From positions 2,728,001-2,792,000 of the forward strand of contig CAVNZM010000014.1 of the NCBI GenBank assembly GCA_963693365.1: a stretch of DNA of 64,000 bases, written 5' to 3'. Position numbers and translations under genes: made by a program. The notes below the pieces were generated by a model. It was not told the DNA's origin, ran no database searches, and saw only the letters and a program-made list of their open reading frames with translations. The stretch is from Amoebidium appalachense. Its lineage: Eukaryota > Protista > Ichthyosporea. Of this stretch, positions 27,340 through 55,789 are shown in pieces; position 1 is the first letter of the stretch, and each line of letters begins with the position of its first letter.

Positions 27340-28816
27340 CGGGCAGGCCCTGATTTTAATGTGATATTGGAACCGAGAAGTTTGGCTGTCGTGGGTTGCT
27401 CACATGCGCAGTGATAGCCTGTATATTTAAACAATTTAATTTGTCGATGTATTTTTTTTATTTAAAAAACCATACAGTATTATGATACTATGATCCACGA
27501 TTTCAGAACTAAAAGTCCACTGTTCGTTACAGACTTTTAAATTTACCGATACAGCCTCATCGTGTAGCCAGTTTTGGGGAGCTCAATGCGATCCCACAAT
27601 CAAATGGCGCAAAAGCGTTAGCAACATAACAACGATGAGCTGGTCAGTATGTTTGGGTGACCTGTCCTCACTTTAACACTGTGCCCCATTGTGGGTATGT
27701 TTGTATGACAAGCTCAATACATACACACCTAGGCAATGGGCACAAAAAGGGAAATGCTTGAATACCCTAGACTGGGAGGCCACCCCAATATGTTGTTGCT
27801 GAAAACACTACTGAGTTGAACTGTAAGGCCATCAGAACTTCAAAAAACTAATGTGTTTGCACAGCTTCCTACTGTTCTTCGTGGATGGTAATGGGTACAT
27901 ACTCACTTGAAAGCAAAATGCTACATGACTTACATGGCTAGATTAGTAAAATGCTTATCTCGGCCTCACGATTGGGTATGACTATTAAGGCATATGTACA
28001 CAATCACACTGATTTAAAGGTCAGGAAGAAAGCCTTCATTGGGCTTGCTATACATATCGATGCCTGTGTTAGTAGGCTACCAGTGGAGCCCTTACATACA
28101 ATATATAGCTCATTGTCGAGCAATGGAAGTAGCCATCTAACAGCGTATGTGTGTACACGGGTGGGTGTGGTGAGGGTCGGTGGGTTGGTCATATATATTA
28201 AGTTTTTCTTAGAGTCTCAGAAGAGGGGGGAGAGATCTAGAGGGGCCGGGGGGTGGGGGCTGGGGGCAAAAAACAAAACCACCCAGAAAACAGGCACCCA
28301 CACATTTCTATTACTTCCTAAGAGCCGCAATACAGCCCAACAACACCTGTCACAGTGATTGTCGCCACCTACCCGCACGTCCCCCCCCCCCCTCCCCCCC
28401 CCTACACCCTCCCTTCTTGCCTCTCCCGGGACCCTTGATGCACCCGTATACATGCGCACCTATGCACTGGAACATGCACACACCACTTTGCACAAAACAA
28501 GAACATGCTCCTCGACCCGAGCTCGAGCACAATAGGTTTCACCCAAATTTCCCACCACGCTTATCTCACAGAACAAGACAGAAAGTGACTCCGAGACAGA
28601 GAGGAGTGGGGGGGGGGGGGGTGATTGCAGGACACAGTCTTGTGCGTTTACGTTGTCACTGTCGTGTGTGCGTCTGTCTGGGATGGGGTGTTGTTGATGT
28701 AATCCCCCCCCCCCCCCCCCCCAAAAAAAAAAAAAAAAAAAAAAGGGAGAGGGGGGGGGGGGGGGGGGAACAACAACATTCCATCCCAGATAAATACATA
28801 TAACACAACACACAAG

Positions 28817-28849
<33 letters not shown>

Positions 28850-29303
28850 TTTCTTTAAAAAAAAAAAAAAAGTTTACACGTTAACGCTCGCAGCCATGTG
28901 ATAATATCCACAGTTGGATGATCCTTAGATATACCCAAATATTCGCTTGGATAGCATTTTTTTCTCTGTCGTCGTGCCATTCCCAGATCAATTATGCCTA
29001 TCCCAGTAGGCCAGAATTAATTATTTTTTTCGTTTCGATATTTCTGCGTTGCTTCTCTACCTGTGTATTCTTTCTGCACCAATAACGTTTGCTTGTTATA
29101 AAAAGAAGGAAACGAATAAAGAGAAGAGAAGACGGAAAAAAGGGACGTCAAAAGAGTATTCACGTAACCCCATGGAAAAGGCGTACTCTATTCGTACATA
29201 GTGGCGGTGAAATAGCGCTAACAAACAACAAATTTATCGATAGGGATATACGTATTAGTTATTTATAAACAAATATGCATTTCCTGTGTATATCTCGTCT
29301 CAT

Positions 29304-29473
29304 TTACAGCACGCCGCGGGTGACTAGGTTCTTCACCTTCTTGGCTTTGCCCTCCTCCAATGGCTCCTTGTCATTCGCTGATTTGGCCTTGGCCCCCTCC
29401 GGGTCCTTGACATAGACCTCCATGACTTTAAAGGCGCGCCCACGCGTCTGCTGAAGGGAGGCCATCATCTTGG

Positions 29474-29517
<44 letters not shown>

Positions 29518-29864
29518 TGTGTGGGGGGGGGGGGGGAGGAGGGGGGGGGGGGGGGGGGGGGGGGGAGGGGGGTTTGAATGCGGAACACAGTACGAAGTAC
29601 GCATACACGATGAGAAGCATGGTGCAGGACACATGCAAAGGCAAACATTCAAGTATGCAGCATCAGCCATGCGCACAGTATGCGTCATGGGGGGGGAGGG
29701 GGGAGTAAGTCAAATGTTACTTGCCGGATAAGCTTATTTTCTATTTACAAAGTGCCTTGTGCTCCCATCACCTTTCACCCCACCTGCAAATGAACAAATC
29801 CCGTTGGGTGAACGGTTGCGTGTCCAACTGTGATCCTTTTGTGTGTGTATGTCTTTGAAAAGGG

Positions 29865-29903
<39 letters not shown>

Positions 29904-30046
29904 AGAAGGAGTTGGGTAGGGTGTCCCGGGAGGGAGGTGGGTGGTTGGGTGGGTCGGTGGTGGTGGGGGGAGGGGGGGGGGGGGGGGGGGGGGAGACAGA
30001 GGAACAAAGGAGATTGTGTGCTTCCACCAGTGACGGGACGTGGCAC

Positions 30047-30081
<35 letters not shown>

Positions 30082-30914
30082 GGGTGGGTGGGAGGGGGGG
30101 GGGGGGGGGGGGGTTTGAATGCGTCAAAAAGTACGAAGTACACAAGAACAAACGGATAACACGATGCAGAATGCAAGCCATACATAAAGAGTATGCATAA
30201 TAAGCAGAGCCCATCCTCAGGGGGGGCCCACGTCATCCACAGTACCCGAGTTTCGACCTATTCCCCTCGTTAACGAAACCCAACTCAGATACTGTTTCAC
30301 TTGAACATGAGTAGGTCACCCGTCTTGATCAGAGACGAGCAGGGTTGCTTATGCAGGCAAGGGCAGTGGGAAAGGCCGGGGGTTAAAGTTGCAGCAGTAA
30401 GCAGAAGCAAGAAAAATATAGATAGGAACTCAGGAGACGGGGCTTCTAGGAAGCTCCCCCGTCGATACCTAAGTCGATACTTCCCTGGCTAACATACTAC
30501 ACCAGCTGAAAAGAATTAAGTCCCGAAGGCCACAGAATTCGTAATCAGAGGGGAAAATATGAGATTTGACCCACGCCGCAGGGTAGTAACACGCTTACTA
30601 GGGCGGAACTTTATCGTCTTCGAACGGAAAGCTATGCCCCCGGATGTCAGCCGGAAATATGGTATCACCCATTGCTTTGGGCTTGAAAAAAGCCAAACCG
30701 ATAGTCCGAGTTATGTTACGCCGGCGGGTAACATGCCGCATGGGTTCCAAGGGAGCTGTCGCCAACAGAGCGGTGTGTGCATGCGTGCGCGTAACGCAAT
30801 GTGTGAAGTGTGTCTATAGCTATGAAAGGGGGTATGCAGAAGTGGACAGATGAAGTGTGTGGAGAGAAAAACAGTAAGAAGAAAAGTAGACACCGGTATG
30901 TGCAACCCCGCACA

Positions 30915-30949
<35 letters not shown>

Positions 30950-31010
30950 AATAAGCGAAGATTACAGGTAATCCACCAGAACAACAAATGACAAGCAAAA
31001 CAACAGGCGC

Positions 31011-31062
<52 letters not shown>

Positions 31063-31067
31063 AGGAA

Positions 31068-31147
<80 letters not shown>

Positions 31148-31672
31148 GGAGAGAGGGAGAGAGAGAGAAGGTGGGGGGGGGGGGGGGGGGGGGGGGGAGG
31201 GGAGGGGAGGGGGGAGGGGGGTCTTAGGGATGCTGCAGAATCGTCAGATATTAGACAAATCGTACCAATACGATCATTCTCTCATATATGTGAGAAGATT
31301 GTGACTAACGATGTGCAGATCTGGTTAAGACCTGTTGGGTGTGCAGAGAAAATGGGAGGGGAAGGAGGAGGGAAAGGGGGAGGGGGGGGGGGGGGAAGTA
31401 AGAGAGGGGAGGGAATGTTAGAGTGTCAGTAGTCTCAGGGGACCCTGCAGAGTCGTTAGATGTCAGACAAAAACGCACCAACGACCAAGTTCTCCGAGGG
31501 GAGAAATGCGTAAAACGTTCTGCAGAGTGGGTTAGAGACCTGCTGATGAGAAGAGTGTATACAGGGTTTGGCCAGGGGGGGGGGGGGGGGGGGAAAGGGG
31601 GGAAAAAGAAGGTAGGAGGGGAAGGGGGGGGGGGGGGGGAGGAGAAGGGGAAAAAAAAAAAAAAAAAAAAAA

Positions 31673-31706
<34 letters not shown>

Positions 31707-31730
31707 GGGATGGAGGGGAGGGAGGGAGGG

Positions 31731-31776
<46 letters not shown>

Positions 31777-31902
31777 CTGTGGTGGACAGATCAGAGACGA
31801 GACCTCCATTTCAAAACTTACCAGGCAACCCAAAAAACCTAGCCGGCTGAGAAAGAAGAACGGCGGGGGAATTGTTTGGGAAAAGGAGCGGGGGGAGAGA
31901 GA

Positions 31903-31940
<38 letters not shown>

Positions 31941-32140
31941 AGGGGGGGGGGAGAGGGGGGAGAGAGGGGGAGAGGGAGAGAGAGAGAGAGGGAGGGAGAG
32001 AACGAGAGAGAACGAAAGAGAGCGAGAGAGGGAGACAGAGAGAGAGAGAGGGAGGGAGAGAGAGGGAGAGGGAGAGAGAGAGGGAGAGAGAGAGGGAGGG
32101 GGGGGAGGGGGGGGGGGGGGGGGAGGTGTAGGGGCTGGTA

Positions 32141-32184
<44 letters not shown>

Positions 32185-33108
32185 ACCGGGATAGAGTGGG
32201 GGACTAGGGAGTGTTGATCTTTTTAGGGGGGGGGGGGGGGGGGGAGGCATGAAGGGGAAATGAATACGCCCAGAGAAGGGTGGAGGGGTGAGGGAAAGAG
32301 GGAAAGGGGGATTTTAACAAGAAAAGAAATAACGGACAGCATGCCTGCGTTTGGGTGCAAGGGTAGTGCATTCCAACCGTGTTGGCTCATTTGCATGTGC
32401 ATGTAGCAGGGGGAGGAAGGGGGGAGGGAGGGAGAAAGAGAGAGAAAGAGAGAGAATGGGGGAGAGGGAGAGAAAGAAAGAAGGGGGGGGGGGGGGGGGG
32501 AAGGCAAAGTATGTGGGAATTACATGACAGGAGTGTCTGTTTAGGTATATGTTTGTGCCTATGCGCGAGTGGCTCTGTGGATTCGAACATAAGCTATGAC
32601 CTAGTAAGAAGAAAATCAAGCAGGGATAGCGGGAACCGATAGAAAGACAAGTGCAAGGGAAGACGCGTATAGACAACTACAACAAGAAAAGGCGGCATAA
32701 AGCAAGTATTTCGTAAGTTCCTTCCTTCCTTTCCCCCCAACTTTGTATGTGTTTGTGCACTGTGTGTGCTTTTTTGGGGGGGGAGGGGGGAGGGGGGAGG
32801 GGGTCTGCAAGGGTGTTGCGACACCCGTTAAGCGGGTTAAGGGGGTGTAGGTGAACACCTGGAAGGGAAGCTTATCCAGAAAAAGGCAGGGGTCGCAAGC
32901 ACAACCATTGAGCCTCTCACAACACTACGAACACGAAGCTCAGATAACCGGAAAGGAAGGGACACGGGGTAGATAAGCACAACAACGACTAGGAAAGCAG
33001 AGCTAAAACATATCCCCACTCCCCCCCCCCCCCCCCCCCCCCGAACTACACATACACACGTCATCACCACAAAAATACACGCACGCTCTTACAGACCATG
33101 TAACACAC

Positions 33109-33166
<58 letters not shown>

Positions 33167-33525
33167 AGCTCACACACGCACACAAACACAGAGAGACATA
33201 CAAGCTCACCGACACATGCACACACCCCCACAACCCCACACACAATACACAGACACACACACACACACACACACACCCTCCCCCCTCCCCCCAAACACAC
33301 ACACACACTATCCAACAAGCACACAACAAACAGCCAAACACACACCTTGGCCTTCCAGTCCTCCTCCGTGTCGCCAACATCTTCGAGCACGTTCTGCAAG
33401 TGCCCAATAGTTGTCTGGTTGCCGGTCGTGTCGCTGAACAATCGGCGTGAAATGCAACCGAGCTGTGTAAGCTTCACCTGCTGCAACAACGCAGAGCGCA
33501 AGGGAATAGAAACGATGCCAGACAT
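29304..33525 (-). CDS. Small (~116 aa) protein with a predicted mitochondrial presequence; family unknown
   Basis: Exon 33525-33346 (MSGIVSIPLRSALLQQVKLTQLGCISRRLFS.., Arg/Ser/Leu-rich with no acidic residue before the RRLFS cleavage-like site) joins in phase 0 to exon 29474-29304 (AKMMASLQQTRGRAFKVMEVYVKDPEG..VTRGVL*). Extra internal micro-exons, e.g. near 31846-31822, cannot be excluded. Confidence 0.65.
30113..30362 (-). mobile_element. Longest copy of a dispersed SINE/retroposon-like repeat whose 3' end abuts poly-C
   Basis: The first ~138 bp are essentially identical to 45948-46085. The whole segment is homologous to the reverse complement of 39311-39555. Shorter diverged copies lie at ~29571-29690, 35700-35895, 37703-37726 and 39937-40115. 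Confidence 0.75.
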
Positions 33526-33755
33526 TCCTTAGTTTATCAGAAGACAAAAAAGTGGGTGTTGTAGCGGTATGATGTGTGTTCAAACACAGAGGAGAGAGGA
33601 GAAGTCGGTGGGTAGAAAGGACGAACTTTGCGTTTGAGGTTTACGTCGTTTATGTTTTCGCCAAATAAGGCTTTGGGTTTGTGACCGGAAATGATGACGA
33701 AAAGAAGGTCACAACGAAAACGAAGGATCTGATAGTGCCACAACGTAATGCTGCG

Positions 33756-33765
33756 CTTTATATAG
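33756..33765 (-). promoter_or_regulatory. Candidate TATA box for the minus-strand gene
   Basis: CTATATAAAG on the minus strand ~230 nt upstream of ATG 33525, within the repeat-poor divergent intergenic region. Confidence 0.35.
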
Positions 33766-34587
33766 CTGACCAACGGATCGTTATTTTTATCAGTTTAGGT
33801 AATTTCTCGAAAATATAAGTTTCAGGGGGGTTAAAATATATTTAAGGCATTAAATTTAAAGATTGGTACGAAACCTTATTTTTTTTTTTTTTTTTTTTTT
33901 TACGAAATCATCAATTTTCAGGGCCCGCAAAGTGTGAACCGAAGTATTCCGATATTCCTGACAGGGTGTGACGAAACTGTAGCCTGGCGGCGGTAGTTCT
34001 CATGCGTGATATATATTGTGTATTCGTCGATTTAAAAACTTATGTGATCCAAAAAATGGGCATAAAGTTTTTAAAATTAAGCCGCCAATAAGGGGCTACG
34101 TAGCAATTGTCAACAGTGACGTGATCGTGGTTTGACCACTGCTCCTAAGCATGAACTAATCAAACAGCTGGAGACCTAGTTGAGTGAAATTCCTTAAGAG
34201 AGCATGGCAATATTTCCAGTGACGCACCAGGATCTTTCCAATCGAGTACGTATTAAAACCGTCAATAAGTCTATTTTTTAAACAGTCAGAGTAGTTTTAT
34301 TATAATCAAAAGCAATAATGTAGCTCCTTTAATACTTTATTGCTCAACTAGGATTCTATTTCCAGCCTAGAGCTACCCAGCTGTGGCGATTAAGTGCATA
34401 TGCGCACTTATCCACCTACATTTACATCGCTCTGCCTTTTATGAGCCACCACTTTGTTTTAGCCAATCATCGGCACGTACCCTAACTGACAATAATTATA
34501 AAAAGCCTGCTTTCTGATCAAAAGCACTGGCTTGCTCGTTGACCAACCGTTATATTACTCCTGTTTTTATTATTATAGACAGCTATA

Positions 34588-35003
34588 TATTCCTACTTTT
34601 TTTGTTGTTTTATAAAAACATTATAGCTATAGGGTTATGAAATATTGTCTGCATTTTATTCCTACTTTTTTTGTTGTTTTATAAAAACATTATAGCTATA
34701 GAGTTATAATATATTGTCTGCATTACATGTTAATGATTCTACCAATGTTTTATGTACAGTGTGAAACTGTCCACGGAGTTCAGAAAATAATTGACAGTAG
34801 ACAAGCTTGCATGTAAGGGTAAAACAATACCTATTCCTACTTTTTTGTTGTTTTATGAAACATTATAGCTATAGAGTTATAGTATATTGTCTGCATTACT
34901 TGTTAATGATTCTACCATTGTCCCATGTACAGTGTGAAACTGTCCATGGAGTTCAGAAAATAATTCACAGTAGACAAGCTTGCATGTAAGGGTAAAACAA
35001 TAC
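34588..35003. repeat. Nested AT-rich tandem duplication (~68-bp unit x3 within a ~175-bp unit x2)
   Basis: tattcctactttttt(t)gttgttttat..aaacattatagctatag.gttat..tattgtctgcatt at ~34588, 34657 and 34832; gtacagtgtgaaactgtcca..gtagacaagcttgcatgtaagggtaaaacaatac occurs twice. Confidence 0.9.
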
Positions 35004-35336
35004 TCCTCTCGATCACACGTACCCCAACCCGCGGGATCAGACAACCCCTACCTGGCACTTTGTTACCCAAACCATAACTAAAAACAGGCGTCAACTCGCA
35101 GAAAAGCTTGGATTTAATTACCTGGCCTGAAAACACAAGAACACCTCTCATCTGCTTGATATAGTCGGTAAGATTTCCAGAAATTTACATCTGCAACAAT
35201 TTACATACAATCCACTTCACCCGTCATCATGCATTTGTCTCATGGTGACCGATAGCACTCACGAGTAAGCGAATTGGTCTGCCGGACCTATTAGGCATAG
35301 TTCTCACAAGAACATTACAACACCATCTCATGGTGT

Positions 35337-43253
<7,917 letters not shown>

Positions 43254-43416
43254 CAGAGAGTCGTAATTGGGAATGCATGCACTATGGATTAGTTGTTTAT
43301 GCAATTTGGTGGTGCTAGTGAATATAGCTCTTGGCTTGGATGCGTTTTTCAGGTAGCGATGTGATATAGGCATGCTAAAAAAGGCTACGCACACGCGCGC
43401 ACACGCATGCTCACCC

Positions 43417-43488
<72 letters not shown>

Positions 43489-43559
43489 GGCGCAAATGCG
43501 TGTCCACGTTAACCAACTTGTACCTGGTAGGGATGTGCGGGCGGGAGGAGGGGGGGGAT

Positions 43560-43592
<33 letters not shown>

Positions 43593-43727
43593 ATGGCTCA
43601 CCCCGATTTATACACACTGATTCTATTCGCTTAGGGCTGATATATACACTACTTTCTCACACCTAACATTCCACACAGAGGCTCGAAAAGAAACCCCCCG
43701 TGAATTTCTTTCAAGCCCCCCCGCCGC

Positions 43728-44071
43728 CTATCTCTTTCCCAGCAGAGGATCGCACGATAGCCTTGAAAGCGGGCTGAGGTTCCGAACTTCATCAGACAGC
43801 CGGGTCGACCGGGCCCACGGTTCGAATCGTAACCGGGCCGGTTCAGGGATCGAACACTCGCGACACATGACTATTGGGGCTGAGGTTGAAATGGTAAGTG
43901 ATGCATGTGGATGCATTTTTTGTGTTTGCGGGCAGTAGGTCTGGCTGTCTGTCTGTCGGTTCCATATTTGCTGAATGGTCAAGAAGTAATCTGGAAGGTC
44001 TTTATGCCTGCGCCCCCCACCCCCTCCTCCTCCCCCCGTCATTTTGCCCCTCTCCCCGCGGTCTTCCCCTC

Positions 44072-44107
<36 letters not shown>

Positions 44108-44436
44108 ACACACACACACACACACACACCATGTCGTCAATGAAAGGTAAGAACTGTGCAGAAAGAAAACGAGGGAGGATTGTAGGCAGGTGTATACAAC
44201 ACATGATGTCTGCTTGTGTGGTTTTTCTTCTCCCCCCCCCCCCCCCCTTCTTTTTTCTTGGAGTGGGTAGGTGGGTGCACGTGGGTATGTGTGTGTGTGT
44301 GTGTGTGTGGTGGTGGTGGTGGTGGTGGGGGGGGGGGGGGTTCCGGTGTTGTATGTGAAGGTGTGTGCGTGTGTGCATGTGTCTGTTGCTTCTTTCTTTT
44401 TGATTGTTTGTTTTTTTGTTGTTGGGGGGGGGGGTG

Positions 44437-44501
<65 letters not shown>

Positions 44502-45724
44502 ATGAGGGAGAGGGGAGAAACATGCATATTGTATTCATTACTAATCCGATTTTCTACTATCCCCCATCAACTTGAGCAGACACACACACATACACGCACG
44601 GAGGCAGGCACACACACACACACAACACACAGACACACACACACACACACACACATGCACACACACACGCGTGCGCGCGCGCACACACACACACGTACAC
44701 ACACACGCACACGTACACGCACGTACAGTCCCACGCATACAGCACCAGCTGTCTGGTGCCCGACTGCACCCATCGTGACTGCACGGCTTCTCTGTCTGTT
44801 TTGACCTGTGGGGTGTGTAGGATTCCGCGATCGGAGAGTTCTGATTCGATCTACTTTGATGCTGAGGATCCATTGGCTGAGCTTTTTGAAATATTCGGTT
44901 AACCCTACCAGTACGCTGCCTTATAAATTAGGCAATATTTTAATTTTTAGTTTGGCATGTATGTCGCGTGATTCATAGTTTTGGTTCGTCTTTTAGTAGC
45001 TGCGTTCCCATGAGTCATGCAACACGCAAGGGTATTTAATTAATTATTTTGGTGATTGTGATTTGGACTGTTTCACAACGCATGCCTGTAACAGTAATAC
45101 GATGATCCGATTCTGCGTTTCTATGCCATCCTCTGTATGTGTGCACATGTGCATATGTGTGTGCGCGTGTACGTGTGCGTGCATGTGCCTACACCTATTG
45201 TATTACGCATGCGCGTTGTTCTGGCGTAACCACAACTCACAGATAGTCGGCACTATGTAGCACGCAACACAGTAGATGCCACACAAACACAAAAATCGGT
45301 TATGTAGAGGCCTGCTTATTGATAATGGTACGGTGTTTTTGACGCTGAAATATTTGAGTATGATACGTAGTTGGAGATATATTTACCAAGCCTCCTGGAG
45401 CTTCTCCTTACTAGTATGTAACATTCAATTAGTTCCCCAGTAATAATCAACCTCGCGTTTTTGTAGTAGGCTGAAAGCTCTAATGGTGAATAGCATAAAA
45501 TCTGACAATGGCAACCTTAAAGGTATATCACACATGTGCACGTGTCCACACTGTCAGTGACTCCTTGTGTGTGTTTGTGTAGGTTTGGTGACACTGCAAT
45601 GTTTAACGGTATTTTTTTTTTCTTTCTTGGTCTTTCCCCCCCAGCTTCTAGTTTCTGTCGGTGTGCGAGTGTGATGTGTGGTGACCGGTGGTGGTGGTGG
45701 CTTTTTTATTTATTTTATTTTTTT

Positions 45725-45779
<55 letters not shown>

Positions 45780-46185
45780 CGGGGGGGGGGGGGGGGGGGG
45801 TATATCATCAACACCTAACGAACGGCTCACTGACAGTAATCAAGGTGGGGAAGGAAAGGGGAGGATTTTGGAGAACATGTTCGAAGGGGGGAATCAACAG
45901 ACCTGTGTGTGTGTGTGTGTTTCGGGGGGGAGGGGGGGGGGAGGGGGGGTTTGAATGCGTCAAAAAGTACGAAGTACACAAGAACAAACGGATAACACGA
46001 TGCAGAATGCAAGCCATACATAAAGAGTATGCATAATAAGCAGAGCCCATCCTCAGGGGGGGCCCACGTCATCCACAGTACCCGAGGGGGGGGGGGGGGG
46101 GGGGGGGGGGGGATTAGTCTCCAAGGCTTTGTACCCGCTGGCTTACGTAAGTGGCCGGGCCCTACTACGCTGCGGGACTGCGGCG

Positions 46186-46189
<4 letters not shown>
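43728..46189 (-). other. Possible spliced minus-strand transcript (orphan gene or lncRNA) divergent from the FAM210B-like gene
   Basis: ATG 46189 exon ends at C|GTAAGC (46147). An (AC)n-CAG acceptor at 45903 continues in phase (MSPQSRSVVGPGHLRLLIPPFEHVLQ..). Further AG/GT-bounded candidate exons lie near 45120, 44875-44806 and 44007. No recognisable homology. Confidence 0.3.
45948..46085 (-). mobile_element. 5'-truncated copy of the dispersed repeat, embedded in G/C tracts on both sides
   Basis: Essentially identical to 30113-30250. Confidence 0.85.
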
Positions 46190-46223
<34 letters not shown>

Positions 46224-47051
46224 AGAAGAAGAAAAGAAAAAAAGAAGAAGCAGAGAAGAGGCCGCAGAGAGACAGACAGCACCCAGGGGGGATGATGGAT
46301 TTGGAAAAAGGATAACGTAACGATTTTCATTGGCTCAAAGGCAACGATTAATTAGCCATATATGGTATGACCGCGCACCGGAAAGTTCTGTGGGCGGCCG
46401 CGAGTGGTCGCGTCACGCGGTCTCTGCAGTGTCTCGGCCGCCTCCGCTTGGCTTTCTTTAGCTTTTTGGTCACCAAACTGTTGATCACCCGAATCCCATG
46501 TTTACTTTAGCATTTTTGGTAGTCTTCTAACTATACGAGTAAGGTATACATATAGGTCTATAGTTTAGAGAGTTGCCGGCTGTTAGGAAGTGTTCCTCTT
46601 TTAGCTCCGTGGGATCCCGCAGAAACATACGGCCAGCTCTCGGCAACACTAATCCTTGTGCATTTGAGGCACGGCCGAATCGAAGGTTTACTTGTGTGCG
46701 CTTGTTTTAGTGTAAGACCACTGTGGAAAGAACAGTTACACGGTTTGGAGTTCATCAATAATAGAGACCAAATCTTTGTAAAACACAAATTACTGCATTA
46801 GCCGTGCGTTTAAACAGAAAGCGAGTGATCATCACCTATCATCACTGTGTCACTGTTTATACTTATCCACAAGGTAGCTGGCACGTGCGATATTATAGTT
46901 CTGCCCCTTCCAGAGAACCATAACATCGAAAGAGATAATTGCTCTCTCAGCCCATCGTTTTGAAACTTTAAGATCTCGATACACCGACTCTGCCTGTATT
47001 CCTGGGCTTCTTTTGGTGACCCACGCTCAACTGTTCTGAAAAATAGTAAGA

Positions 47052-55789
<8,738 letters not shown>

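Noticed and set aside
43745-43860. GGTTCGAATC suggesting a tRNA T-loop/B-box
   Set aside because: No cloverleaf, A-box or acceptor stem; the surrounding ccgg/gaacc motifs look like transposon subterminal repeats.
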